From the IMG/VR virus record IMGVR_UViG_3300044638_006148, positions 1 to 63,296 of that record: a DNA stretch of 63,296 bases; one strand, written 5' to 3'. Below the pieces are notes generated by a model. The model was given only the letters and a program-made list of their open reading frames with translations. It did no database searches and was not told where the DNA came from. This document shows positions 1-9,923 of the stretch, one piece after another; the first letter of the stretch is position 1; each line of letters opens with the position of its first letter. Position numbers and translations under genes: made by a program. This DNA is from a virus (Duplodnaviria; Caudoviricetes).

Positions 1-2
1 CT

Positions 3-737
3 TGGAATCCTAGCCCGGGATTAACTTCATCTCAAATTTCGGCACTAGCCAAAGACCCAAAATATACTAAACATCAATTTGTTGAAATAACGGTAGAAGT
101 AGTTAGTAAAGAAACACCTGGTGAGACAACTATGACTTTTGACGATGAACAGGTGGTAACCTCGAGAACACCATCTGCGGCAAAAAATCAGTATAATACA
201 TCACTATTTTACAACTATAGTTACGCGCCTGCTGCAGTCCTTGGTATGAGTCAGTCGGAAGCAGAAACTTTACCTGGAGCTTTATTAACTATGAATAGAG
301 AACTCAATGTTCAGACTCCGATTAAAAAATTAAATCTTCCATCTTTTAAGGTCACGATAATTCCAAATGGAGGACAAACTGTACCGGTAATAATTTTGAA
401 ACAAATGAGTGGTAATGAAGTACCCACTTCACCAAAAAGTTGGTCCCCATGGAACGCATATATTACTGACTCATACGCACTTGAAGTTCCATTTCCAAAT
501 GATAGTAAAGAATTTCAATCTGCGTGGCTATTCATTTATTGGTATATTAAAAAAGGATTTCCGTCAGATTGGAATTTTATATCAAACAAACCTGAAAATA
601 TCGATTGGAGGTTAGTTGACCGAGGATTAGAAAGTGGTGGGAAACAAATACAAAATTCAAGTATTGAAACTCAAAAAAAAATATGGAGTTTATACCCAAT
701 GGATTGGTATTCTAAGATGGTGCAAAAAGTTTATTAG
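3..737 (+). CDS. Hypothetical protein, 5'-truncated by window edge
   Basis: Frame is open from nt 3 (WNPSPGLTSSQISALAKDPKYTKHQFVEITV...) into the listed 132..737 ORF. No family recognised. Confidence 0.7.
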   Translation, partial: WNPSPGLTSSQISALAKDPKYTKHQFVEITVEVVSKETPGETTMTFDDEQVVTSRTPSAAKNQYNTSLFYNYSYAPAAVLGMSQSEAETLPGALLTMNRELNVQTPIKKLNLPSFKVTIIPNGGQTVPVIILKQMSGNEVPTSPKSWSPWNAYITDSYALEVPFPNDSKEFQSAWLFIYWYIKKGFPSDWNFISNKPENIDWRLVDRGLESGGKQIQNSSIETQKKIWSLYPMDWYSKMVQKVY

Positions 738-754
738 GAGAATGGTAAATAAAT

Positions 755-1195
755 TTAATCCAAAGCAATGAAACAAAAGTAACTAAAGGTTCTATCTTTA
801 TTGTAAGATAGGTAGAACCTTTTTATTTTGTCATTAAGTAATAGTCGGTTGTGTGGAATAGAGTTTTTCCATTGTAAAAAACAATACATTGCTATATTAT
901 AATTTGTAGAGTGGTAGGTGGTTTGTCCAATGTTTTCTCCTGCAAACCTGAACGAAAACTTTTGGGAATTTATGTTTTCGGAAAATCCATTGTGACTGTA
1001 ATCCTGAACCAAACTTCTACTTCGTTCATCGGCAAATTCCTTTATTGATTCATCTATAACTACCTTACTCAATCCATTTGAATATCGATACTCATTCAAT
1101 ATTTGTTCGAAATGTATAATAATTGGTGTATCATTATTTGGATTCTTGAACCCGAATAATAAAAATGAAAATAATAGAATAACAAATTTTTTCAT
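755..1195 (-). CDS. CAP/SCP-domain protein with N-terminal signal peptide
   Basis: MKKFVILLFSFLLFG leader; CAP-like motifs LNEYR..NGL, YSH, AGENIG, WKNSIPHNRLLL. Confidence 0.75.
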   Translation of the reverse strand: MKKFVILLFSFLLFGFKNPNNDTPIIIHFEQILNEYRYSNGLSKVVIDESIKEFADERSRSLVQDYSHNGFSENINSQKFSFRFAGENIGQTTYHSTNYNIAMYCFLQWKNSIPHNRLLLNDKIKRFYLSYNKDRTFSYFCFIALD

Positions 1196-1200
1196 AGGGA

Positions 1201-1275
1201 TTATTTTTCTTCAGTAAAGTGGATATTCATTATTCTTAATGATTTGGAAACAAGTTCAGATTCTTGTTTAACTGT
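1201..1275 (-). pseudogene. Possible orphan 3' gene remnant (TVKQESELVSKSLRIMNIHFTEEK*)
   Basis: Coding-like frame ending in TAA at 1201-1203, just upstream of the CAP gene. Upstream it runs into the divergent gene's promoter region with no start codon ahead of the ESELVSKSLRI segment. Confidence 0.3.
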
Positions 1276-1287
1276 ATATTTATTATA

Positions 1288-1983
1288 GTGAAAGATATTA
1301 TAAGAAAAATAATTAAGGAGGTAAGCGGGGCAGGTTTGTCTGGTGCTTATTCAGGGCCACTTGTACTCGGACCACAAACATGGAAAGATGACCAACTTGG
1401 CCCTTTTACAGAGCCAGTTTATAAATATACGAATGCCCAACTTGCCTATCAAGAGGCTGATGGGGATTTTACAGAATCTCCCGAAGAAAGAAAAAAAATA
1501 GAACAAAGGACCAAGAATCTTAGTAAAATCAATATGGAAAAGAAAAAAACTTTCAAAGGTCAAAACGACGAGGATGGGTCAGCAATCAATCCAACTATGA
1601 GTGGAGAACCGTTAAAAGAAAAGCTAGTAAAAGAAGACTTAGCAGTTTGGTTCGGTACTAAGAAGAAACCTAAAGGTTCAAAACAACCTTCAGGACCATG
1701 GGTTAATATTTGTAGAAAGAAAGAAGGAGGAGGACATCCCCCTTGTGGTAGACCTGAGGCTGATAGTAAGGGATATCCTAAATGTCGTGCTAAAGGAGTT
1801 GCGGCAAACATGACCGACGCTCAAAAGAAATCAGCATGTTCACAGAAAAGACGTGCCGAGAAAAAAGATCCCAAAGTCGGAACTGGAAACAAACCAACTA
1901 TGGTATCTTATAAACCAAAAAAATCCCAAAACGAATCATTAAGGGATTTAATTGTTAAAATTTTGAAAGAAAACATTAGATAA
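1288..1983 (+). CDS. Phage protein with DUF5872-like basic/Cys C-terminal domain
   Basis: GTG start at 1288 right after the TATTTAT motif; EDLAVWF...PWVNIC...CGR...YPKCR motif. Confidence 0.6.
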   Translation: MKDIIRKIIKEVSGAGLSGAYSGPLVLGPQTWKDDQLGPFTEPVYKYTNAQLAYQEADGDFTESPEERKKIEQRTKNLSKINMEKKKTFKGQNDEDGSAINPTMSGEPLKEKLVKEDLAVWFGTKKKPKGSKQPSGPWVNICRKKEGGGHPPCGRPEADSKGYPKCRAKGVAANMTDAQKKSACSQKRRAEKKDPKVGTGNKPTMVSYKPKKSQNESLRDLIVKILKENIR

Positions 1984-2371
1984 GTTTTTCTAAAATTTTT
2001 TTCAGTGAGTGTTGTACTTGGCTATGCATTTCTTTTTCAAATTTCATCCTTGCTTCTTCCACTTTGTTATCGAACAACCTTCCAAGTTTTTGCCCCATTT
2101 GTAATGAAATTGTGATGTCATAATTGTAAATATGGTTGGTAATGTTTATTCTATCTTCTTGAATTATGACAAACATTTCTAAAGTTTCATTCTTGATGTA
2201 TCTTTTTTGAGATAGAGGGGCAATCAAAAATTTGGAATCCTCATGATTTATCAATTGACGACAAATTGAACCACCAGTTTTTTCATTATCATCAAAATTG
2301 ACTTTTGGTTGAATTTTTCGATTCATCCTTATGAAAAATTTTAACCATAACTTTCTGAAGAATTTTTTCAT
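1976..2371 (-). CDS. Hypothetical phage protein
   Basis: 131 aa ORF with an upstream TATCTTTG element. Confidence 0.75.
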   Translation of the reverse strand: MKKFFRKLWLKFFIRMNRKIQPKVNFDDNEKTGGSICRQLINHEDSKFLIAPLSQKRYIKNETLEMFVIIQEDRINITNHIYNYDITISLQMGQKLGRLFDNKVEEARMKFEKEMHSQVQHSLKKILEKLI

Positions 2372-2397
2372 GTCTTTTGTGGGATATAATAACTATT

Positions 2398-2405
2398 CAA
2401 AGATA
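2398..2405 (-). promoter_or_regulatory. Bacteroidota-type -7 promoter element TAnnTTTG (TATCTTTG)
   Basis: Exact consensus match 26 nt upstream of the ATG at 2371. The -33 TTTG is imperfect. Confidence 0.45.
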
Positions 2406-2434
2406 TGAAAATGATTTAAGAATAAAAAAGTATT

Positions 2435-2920
2435 CTATACATTTATTTTTTTAATAAATTCTTCCCAAACCTCAACAGTGTTATCATTTCTTCCAATATT
2501 TGCTGAGTAACATGTTAATACTACATTTTCTTTAGTATAACCTTTTGTGCGGTCTAATCTATCTAATGATGGTTGTTGTGGGTGTTTACCATTTTGGGAA
2601 GGAACTAAAGGTACTTTGAACCAATAACAAAGTCCATTTTGACTTTCAAGTATTTCGTTGATGTCGTTAACAGTTAATTTGTGATTATGTCCACGAAATT
2701 TAGAATCATGTATTAGCGTATTTTGCCATAACCTAACTCGTCTTTCTTTTTGTTTAATTCCTTCAGATTTTCTGAAATCTGAATCTATTCTTTTACATCT
2801 TTTATACTCTCTGGTTATTTCTAAAGTACAGGTTTTACATTTCAACCCTCTTTGAGATTTATAAAAATCATCAACACTTTTTGTTTCTCCGCAAATTTTA
2901 CATGTTTTATGTGTTCCCAT
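2435..2920 (-). CDS. HNH/endonuclease VII-like putative homing endonuclease with N-terminal CxxC..CxxC
   Basis: KTCKICGETK..F..CKTC; QNGLCYW; SLDRLD..KGY..ENVVLTC..AN. The ATG at 2920 follows the TATTTATA motif. Confidence 0.75.
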   Translation of the reverse strand: MGTHKTCKICGETKSVDDFYKSQRGLKCKTCTLEITREYKRCKRIDSDFRKSEGIKQKERRVRLWQNTLIHDSKFRGHNHKLTVNDINEILESQNGLCYWFKVPLVPSQNGKHPQQPSLDRLDRTKGYTKENVVLTCYSANIGRNDNTVEVWEEFIKKINV

Positions 2921-2956
2921 ATATATAAATATATGGATAAACACAAAAAGATAAAA

Positions 2957-2980
2957 AAAAAGGGAAATATTTCCCTTTTT
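2957..2980. terminator. Perfect 24-bp palindrome, probable intrinsic terminator
   Basis: AAAAAGGGAAATATTTCCCTTTTT at the stop of 2979..3446, with a long U-tract on the minus strand. Confidence 0.7.
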
Positions 2981-3446
2981 AACAATAAGCCCCTGAACAA
3001 TGTTTTTTACCGTCTAAACCCGGCATCTTACCTTTACATACTTGGACTCCGTAGCCGTTACTATAAGCTGAGGGGTGAACCTTAAACTTTCCCTTAGCGG
3101 CAGCTAAACCTCTAGCACAAAGTTTGGTTCCCGTTTTCTTTCTACCTTCGGACATTTCTTCATAATCGACATATTGTCCCATTTTTCTTTTTTCATTCAT
3201 TATGAAATCAAAAACTTGGTCCATGTTTGTTTTTGCTTCTGAAACGTGGTCGTCAGCCCAATCATGTCCATCTTGTAGAATTTGGTCAATCATTTCTTCA
3301 TCCATTTCCAATAACATTTTGCACTGTCTTGCAATTTGTTTTAGATTACTGAAGAACATATAATTTTCGGATTCTTGTTGTTCACTCAAAACTCGTTTGA
3401 CTAAATGTGATAAATCTTTTTCTGTTAATTTTACTACTTTGTTCAT
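2979..3446 (-). CDS. Phage protein with KLTExDL..LVKRVL.EQ leader and C-terminal PSAY/Cys domain
   Basis: MNKVVKLTEKDLSHLVKRVLSEQ; LCARG..AAK.KFKVHPSAYSNGYGVQVCKG. Confidence 0.7.
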   Translation of the reverse strand: MNKVVKLTEKDLSHLVKRVLSEQQESENYMFFSNLKQIARQCKMLLEMDEEMIDQILQDGHDWADDHVSEAKTNMDQVFDFIMNEKRKMGQYVDYEEMSEGRKKTGTKLCARGLAAAKGKFKVHPSAYSNGYGVQVCKGKMPGLDGKKHCSGAYC

Positions 3447-4945
3447 TTTGTATTTACGATTGAAAATGTTAATTGTCTCTTATAAGTATCTTTTTCTCCT
3501 GAAGTATTCACTTGGATATCAACAAAATATTGATTTGGGATTTTGTCTCTCATATCAAATATGAAGTAATACTCGTTTGGTGTTCTGTTCAATGGAGTCC
3601 AATCTTGTACTAATACTTCTGTGGTACCTTCTGTGACATAAACTCTATAGAACCCTGAAACGTCTAATAATAGTTGTTGACCCGTATATGCCTTTTTGAT
3701 TGTTACACCAACCTTACGAATGTCTGTATTAAGAATCTTCTCATTTTGAAGGATACCGTAGAAATCAAATCCGTAAATTTCAGGGTCTTTAGATACAGAA
3801 CCTATTTGAATACCTGAAGTATATGGTTGTAATGTGAATTGATTTGTTACATTTGGAATGGATTGACCATTTATAGTAAGACCAGACCATACATCGTAAA
3901 ATAAACATGGTGTCGGGAAATTAGCAAATCCATTAGGTACTGTAACTTCGTATATTCCCTTAGTTTTGAGACAAGTATTTAATGAAGTCATTCCAGTTAT
4001 TGCTGTACCATTTCTATCTTCGATTCTAACGAATGGGTCTGAATCAAGATTTACGAAATCTCCATTCTGATAGACATACAAGAATAACTTGTTTTCTTGG
4101 TTTTTGAGGAATAGGTTTCTATCATCTTCTACAAAATCATTGTAATTTGTTAAAAGATAAGGTTGATAGAAAGTTTGAGTATGTCTTGAGAAAAATGCCA
4201 CACTATAACTTTCCGTAAGACCTGTGATATTTTCTATTTGAGGTAGGTATGATATACCCCAACCTGTGACACCAGTAATTGACCCATTTAAGATTCCATT
4301 AATCTCGGCGGTCATATTCATGTTCAAATCTTCATTACCAAGTTCAAAATGTTGTCGTGCAACGATAGTTAAACCTGAGTAATTAACAACACCTTGGTTT
4401 ACATTGTTGTAGATACCATTTTGAGACCATCCAGAGAGAGTTGTTGTTTGATACCAGTTAGATGGTCGTGTGGAATATGCTCGACTGTCAACGTACGTTA
4501 AAGGGGAAATTCCACCATTCGCACTATTCTGTGCAATGTTGAAATCATTGTAGTCGTAACCAACTCCTTCATCCCAAAATTGAGGTTGACCTGTGGTTCC
4601 TGAAAACTTAGGGATTCTCCATAATATTAAGTCGAACGAGGTGGCTCTTCTTCTTTCGTTTGACATGAATGAATTTAATAATTCATTATCAAATGATGAC
4701 GTGTTTGTCATTTGGAGAGTGTGAGTCATTGCTGAAGTACACCCTGTGGATATAACACCTGAACTTATGTTTTCTTCTAATAAAGATAAATCTAAATCAA
4801 AGATAAATCTTGTGAAACCAAAGTTTGGGACAATTAAATCCGAAGCACCGAAATTCAACTCAATTACAGGATTTCTTCCCGTATTAACATATGAGTTTGA
4901 AATGATGGTATTGTTTTTATTTATATAAGACCTTAAGATCGACAT
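3443..4945 (-). CDS. Putative virion structural protein
   Basis: 500 aa, beta-rich, TRFIFDLDL and WDEGVG motifs; next to the baseplate spike gene; upstream TATTTATA motif. Confidence 0.55.
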   Translation of the reverse strand: MSILRSYINKNNTIISNSYVNTGRNPVIELNFGASDLIVPNFGFTRFIFDLDLSLLEENISSGVISTGCTSAMTHTLQMTNTSSFDNELLNSFMSNERRRATSFDLILWRIPKFSGTTGQPQFWDEGVGYDYNDFNIAQNSANGGISPLTYVDSRAYSTRPSNWYQTTTLSGWSQNGIYNNVNQGVVNYSGLTIVARQHFELGNEDLNMNMTAEINGILNGSITGVTGWGISYLPQIENITGLTESYSVAFFSRHTQTFYQPYLLTNYNDFVEDDRNLFLKNQENKLFLYVYQNGDFVNLDSDPFVRIEDRNGTAITGMTSLNTCLKTKGIYEVTVPNGFANFPTPCLFYDVWSGLTINGQSIPNVTNQFTLQPYTSGIQIGSVSKDPEIYGFDFYGILQNEKILNTDIRKVGVTIKKAYTGQQLLLDVSGFYRVYVTEGTTEVLVQDWTPLNRTPNEYYFIFDMRDKIPNQYFVDIQVNTSGEKDTYKRQLTFSIVNTK

Positions 4946-4966
4946 TTATCTTTTATCTTATAAATA

Positions 4967-6502
4967 TCAATTAAGTCGAATATTTTTACTTAGAATTTTG
5001 TTAACCGCATTATTGAGCTCGGTTAGAATTGATTGAACGTTTGTTCCTTCTTGAGTTACGGGTACTGGAGGGAGGCCTGGATATGCGTGAGTATGAGTCA
5101 CCAAGAATTTTACAATCAAATTAATTAATTCCAAAAGTTCTTCACCTCTAACCATACTTGAAGTTTTTGGAAGAAATTCATTGGCAAATTTCTCAGGACT
5201 AATACCATAAAGTGTATCATCGAAATTGATTTTTCCCTTACCCGGTATTTGTGAGTTATGTGAAATTAAAAACAATATATCACTTCCTAACGCACCGTAA
5301 GAAGACTCTTGATTTACATATTTTTGTTGTGGAATTACTAATTTTTTCGGAGTTTTTGGAATCCCAACTTTATCTTTTGCATAAATCAAACCATAACCAC
5401 CTCTTAACGCGGGATTTAATTTAATTCCTTTATAAACGTCACTAATGTTAGTAACTTCTATTGGTGTTGCCGATGAACCTAAAGGTGTGGAGGGGTTCAA
5501 TTTTGAATACATTATTGTATTAGGTCGGTAGTAAATTGGGAACTTATTTGCAGCATTATTGTCATTAAATAATTTAACGCCACTTTTAGTTACATCTGTT
5601 TCATTACACTGTTTTATGAAATCATTTATAAATTTAATGGTTTCTATTTTGGATAACATTGCAAATGATTCAATTGCAACCAATTTTTTAAGGTTTTCTG
5701 AAATTTCACTGTCTACTGAAATAAATTTGGAATTTACGGTAACATTTGGTTTTAATTGATATAAATAAACTGAGCCAGAGAATTTATTTTGAGTATTTTC
5801 AGGATTTGTAATAACCCACTCAATTAAATATTTTGTAAGTAGGACCTCCTCTTGTAGTTCATAAACAACTTTTGGTTCTAAATTTTGTAGTGTACTTTGG
5901 AATTTTGAAAGTTGTAAAAAACCTCTTTGTTGGTTTGCGACAGGTATTACATTTGGTTGTAATTGTTCTCCTTTGAATTTACCAGCTCTGATTAATACTT
6001 CGTCTTGTTTTACAATAACATCTGCGCTACCTCTACCCATTAAAGCATTATCTCCTGGCTGTGGAAATACACCCTTGTGAGCTGATTGGTCCGTGAACGT
6101 GCCATCTTGATTTTTTAGCGGTTTCGGGTTTTTGATTTGCATACCCGTACCTGTAAATTTATTTCCACCGAAATAAAATTCTTTGAAAGTTGCGGTTGGG
6201 CTCGAGAAGGTATTTTGGATGTAGTATTGATTTTGATATTTAAAATCTTTGTTAACGTAAATCACCTGAACTAATTCATCAACTTTAGGTACTGAGTACA
6301 CAAAGTAAGGAAGTAATGTATTAAATATAAAAGGGTCTCTTGATGTCCATATATCTTTTTCCTCATTCCATGGCGGATCACTAATACTTTTTAATATATC
6401 ATCATAATTGTCAATAAGTCTTACTCCCCTGATTCTTCCTAACATCATTGGGTCTTCGGTATTCAACACCCTACACTGAAAAAATATTGAGTTATTTTCC
6501 AT
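4967..6502 (-). CDS. Baseplate hub/central spike protein (T4 gp5/P2 gpV-like)
   Basis: N-terminal OB-fold-like motif RVLNTEDPMMLGRIR; C-terminal VRGEEL...THTH apex motif. Confidence 0.7.
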   Translation of the reverse strand: MENNSIFFQCRVLNTEDPMMLGRIRGVRLIDNYDDILKSISDPPWNEEKDIWTSRDPFIFNTLLPYFVYSVPKVDELVQVIYVNKDFKYQNQYYIQNTFSSPTATFKEFYFGGNKFTGTGMQIKNPKPLKNQDGTFTDQSAHKGVFPQPGDNALMGRGSADVIVKQDEVLIRAGKFKGEQLQPNVIPVANQQRGFLQLSKFQSTLQNLEPKVVYELQEEVLLTKYLIEWVITNPENTQNKFSGSVYLYQLKPNVTVNSKFISVDSEISENLKKLVAIESFAMLSKIETIKFINDFIKQCNETDVTKSGVKLFNDNNAANKFPIYYRPNTIMYSKLNPSTPLGSSATPIEVTNISDVYKGIKLNPALRGGYGLIYAKDKVGIPKTPKKLVIPQQKYVNQESSYGALGSDILFLISHNSQIPGKGKINFDDTLYGISPEKFANEFLPKTSSMVRGEELLELINLIVKFLVTHTHAYPGLPPVPVTQEGTNVQSILTELNNAVNKILSKNIRLN

Positions 6503-6704
6503 TATTTCTTTCTTGATAAACTTTTAATAATCTGTCATATAATTCTTCTACTTTGTCTAAATATAGAGTACTTTTTATTATAGACTCTTTTGTGGCATCA
6601 AAATCCGATGATAGTAAATCCATATATTCCACCAATTTTGTATTTGGTAAATCTTTGAGTGATAGTTGACTATCTAATATTTCATTAAATTTTTCGTCTT
6701 TCAT
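6492..6704 (-). CDS. Hypothetical protein
   Basis: 70 aa helical ORF tightly packed between its neighbours. Confidence 0.75.
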   Translation of the reverse strand: MKDEKFNEILDSQLSLKDLPNTKLVEYMDLLSSDFDATKESIIKSTLYLDKVEELYDRLLKVYQERNNGK

Positions 6705-6706
6705 TT

Positions 6707-8785
6707 TTACAATTTTTTTCCGTATCCAGGGCCTGTTGCGGTTGCAACTAAAATTTTTCCGTTTTCCGCTTCTTCTTTATCACTTCCCCTTTTACTTATT
6801 AAATCGTATAATCCCATTAAGTTTGGTGAACCATCGGGTAAAGTTCCTGTAGGTATCCCTACTTTTTGTAGACCTTCGATAACATTTATTGATGCTCTTT
6901 CAGGTGAAGTTCCTGGTAATAATGCCGCCAAAGATAATAATGGTAGTGGTATTTGTATTGGAACTGTTTGACCAATTAAATTTAGTAGAAGTAAGATGTT
7001 ATCTAAAAGACTTTTACATTTTCGATAATCGTTAACTAATTGAGACACAACTAGTGCAATTTGTGCTAATCTAAGTATTATTGCGTAGTTCTTCAATACT
7101 GCCGACCGTTGAATGTCAGAAATTATACTAGAAACTAAATTAACAATATCTTTCTTTAATATTTCATAAAGCACTTGAAGAAATTCTGCATTAATCTGAG
7201 AAATAACTTGAATAGCAAAAGTTTTGTATATTTTTAAGAAGTCTTCTCCACTATTTACAATATTACTCCCTTGTGTACCAATATTGGCCCCTTCGTTTCC
7301 AAATTCAGTAATTGATGTGGTAGTTTCATTAATTTCAGTAACAGCTTGATTATAAGTGTATGTCGCTCCTGATTGAACCACAGACAAAAGGGTGTAAAGA
7401 GGTAATAAATTTTTTGGTGTTAATATTCCTGCGGCAACTGCTATTGGTATTTTTTTAATAACATTTTTATCTATGGAAACTTTTACATTCAGATTCGAAG
7501 GTGCCGTTAAAGACCAAGTAGGGTTATCTGATATCGAATCAATAATCTGTTCAAGATTGACAACTTGTTGGTCAACTGTTTCTCCACTCAAATTATCTCG
7601 AAACTCAATTAATTGGTCGACTAATACCTCAGAATCAACGGGAAGTTGTATATTATCACAATCTTCGAATTCCATGATACCATTCTGAACATTCGATATT
7701 TGTACTTCGATATTTCTTAAATCTATTTCATTAAGTTCAAAAAAAGATTCGTCAACACCATCTAATTCTCCAACTTTGGAAACACCACTAACATCGATTT
7801 CTCGTCTCTCATCAAAACATAATCCAAGTATTCTTGCAACAATTAAACCAAACCTACTTTGGTTATTCAATTCTCCAAAACCAACTTGTGCGTCGATGTT
7901 TAATGCTCCTGAAATTATATTTACAATTTGAGCACCAATATCAACAGTATCTACTATGTTTATAGTACTATAATAATCGGAAATAAACTCTCCAACATTA
8001 TTTGTTATATTACCAGAATTATCTTCTCTATCAATTAAAAAAACTCGATAGTAATCACCTGTCACACCAAAACTATTTGTCTTAGTATATTGTAAATCAA
8101 ATAGATTTTGACCTGACTTTCCTAAATAATTTTTTCCATTTATTTGACTATATGACCTACCTTCATTGTCTGAGGTCATTAAGTTGAATAACTGTTTATT
8201 CATCGGAAATGCGACTTCTCCACCATAAGGACGAAACGATGGGTCCGCGGATGGGTCAGGTTTTTCGTAATAAATTTTACCGAAATTGGTTTGTGGAGAC
8301 TGTTTAAGATTTGAAAAAAAATCTAAGGAATTTACTGGTATATATATCCCTTCTTGTTGTGGTCTAAGTGGTAAAGGTCGTAAAGATAAACTTTCTGCAG
8401 TTACACCGTTATATGTTTGTTCAACAGAACATCCAATTGCGTTTATTGTTTCTTTTTTAAGAATACCTTCCATTTTAGGCCCGATTTCCGCCGCCGCCTG
8501 TAATATTTTTGACCTCAAATATTTAATAGTGGAACTACCGTTACCTTGAGTTTGACCCAAAAATCCCAACAATTGATCCATTGAATTAGGAGGGTCTCTT
8601 TGAAATCTTTTTTGAAATTCACTTACTTTATCTAATGAACTAGAAATTTGTGATGTTGCTTCTGATGCTGAGTTTCCAGCCTTACCCAATAAACTCTTCT
8701 CGGATTGTGAAACCTCCCTATAAGTTTTGTAAGCGTCGATTTTACTTTGAATCGACTGCTGAGTTGAATTTATATCTAAAGGCAT
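6707..8785 (-). CDS. Large hypothetical (probably structural) protein
   Basis: 692 aa ORF in an operon with the baseplate spike gene. Confidence 0.6.
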   Translation of the reverse strand: MPLDINSTQQSIQSKIDAYKTYREVSQSEKSLLGKAGNSASEATSQISSSLDKVSEFQKRFQRDPPNSMDQLLGFLGQTQGNGSSTIKYLRSKILQAAAEIGPKMEGILKKETINAIGCSVEQTYNGVTAESLSLRPLPLRPQQEGIYIPVNSLDFFSNLKQSPQTNFGKIYYEKPDPSADPSFRPYGGEVAFPMNKQLFNLMTSDNEGRSYSQINGKNYLGKSGQNLFDLQYTKTNSFGVTGDYYRVFLIDREDNSGNITNNVGEFISDYYSTINIVDTVDIGAQIVNIISGALNIDAQVGFGELNNQSRFGLIVARILGLCFDERREIDVSGVSKVGELDGVDESFFELNEIDLRNIEVQISNVQNGIMEFEDCDNIQLPVDSEVLVDQLIEFRDNLSGETVDQQVVNLEQIIDSISDNPTWSLTAPSNLNVKVSIDKNVIKKIPIAVAAGILTPKNLLPLYTLLSVVQSGATYTYNQAVTEINETTTSITEFGNEGANIGTQGSNIVNSGEDFLKIYKTFAIQVISQINAEFLQVLYEILKKDIVNLVSSIISDIQRSAVLKNYAIILRLAQIALVVSQLVNDYRKCKSLLDNILLLLNLIGQTVPIQIPLPLLSLAALLPGTSPERASINVIEGLQKVGIPTGTLPDGSPNLMGLYDLISKRGSDKEEAENGKILVATATGPGYGKKL

Positions 8786-8788
8786 ATA

Positions 8789-9157
8789 TTATCTCATTTT
8801 ATATGATTCCTCATCTTTGGAAACATCTTTCTCAATGAGATTCTGTATTAAATCATCGTCTAAATCTGCAAGAGAGAATGATTCCTCTTTATTGTTGTTT
8901 GTTTTCTCCCAAATACTTGATTGTAGTTTTGATAAACTAATTTTTTTCTCCACACAATCGTTTACAATTTTTTGTTGTTTTTCGATTACAGGACCAATAG
9001 TAGTCATGTCGGATGGGTCTTTTAATAACGCCAACATTTTATTTTGAATTCTAATTGCAGTTTGTCTTTGCTCAACAAGTTCATTATAGATTTCTTGCAT
9101 GAGTGATAATATAGAATCTTTAGTAAAATTGATTTCTTTCCTTTGAGGTCTCGGCAT
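8789..9157 (-). CDS. Hypothetical coiled-coil protein
   Basis: 122 aa; upstream GTATTTATAG motif. Confidence 0.75.
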   Translation of the reverse strand: MPRPQRKEINFTKDSILSLMQEIYNELVEQRQTAIRIQNKMLALLKDPSDMTTIGPVIEKQQKIVNDCVEKKISLSKLQSSIWEKTNNNKEESFSLADLDDDLIQNLIEKDVSKDEESYKMR

Positions 9158-9176
9158 ATCTATAAATACTTTTTTA

Positions 9177-9923
9177 TTAGTTTTTGATTCTTGATTGAAT
9201 TACTATGTATAGTTTTTTAAATCTTTTAATAGAGCTACGTATTTCTTTAGTACTCAAATTAGTCATTTCTCTGAGTGATAATAGTATTACGTTCTTGTTA
9301 AATTTATTATTGTCTGCTCCTGAAAATATTGTTTCATAATTATCAAATAAATCAATCAACGCGTAACCTAACTTTTTTTCATTATCGTTCAACTGTTCTG
9401 ATTCGATATAAGTTTTTAATTCAGACAAATATTCATTGATAATGTGGTCAGTTTCAATCACATCATCGTCAATTCTATAAGTCAAATCGGGTCTTTCCTC
9501 GAGACTTGATGAAATGTCTTCGTATGATATTTTTCTATTAGTCTCTTTTTGGTCTTTAATTATCTGACCCATCAGATAGTTTTTACAAATAGTCCCAAAA
9601 TAAGAGTAAGCTTTTTTATTTTTATCTGGCTTAAACTTATCGACTTTCGTCATAAGAAAGGAATGTGTATCTGTATGAATTTCCTCAAAATCCATATCTT
9701 TACGATATAACTTATATCGTCGAATAATTGAGGAAATCATTTTATCTAAAGGGTGTCTTAAAAATTGATTATAGATTTTATTTTTTTCGTAAGACGATTC
9801 GGCAATTAGAAATTTTCTAACTGCCTCTTCTTCTCTTACATCGAAATAATTTTCTTTAACTGCCTTTCTACCTCTTTTTTTCGATAAAACATCCTCTGTT
9901 GCAGCAGAGAGTGAATCTTGCAT
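9177..9923 (-). CDS. Phage RNA polymerase sigma factor (T4 gp55-like, probably late)
   Basis: Region-2-like motif KFKPDKNKKAYSYFGTICKNYL, NYF near the N-terminus, C-terminal helical region. Confidence 0.7.
   Translation of the reverse strand: MQDSLSAATEDVLSKKRGRKAVKENYFDVREEEAVRKFLIAESSYEKNKIYNQFLRHPLDKMISSIIRRYKLYRKDMDFEEIHTDTHSFLMTKVDKFKPDKNKKAYSYFGTICKNYLMGQIIKDQKETNRKISYEDISSSLEERPDLTYRIDDDVIETDHIINEYLSELKTYIESEQLNDNEKKLGYALIDLFDNYETIFSGADNNKFNKNVILLSLREMTNLSTKEIRSSIKRFKKLYIVIQSRIKN

Noticed and set aside
1264-2944. ORF-track starts at 1264 and 2944
   Set aside because: Both extensions run through the TATTTAT motif. Starts at 1288 (GTG) and 2920 (ATG) fit better.
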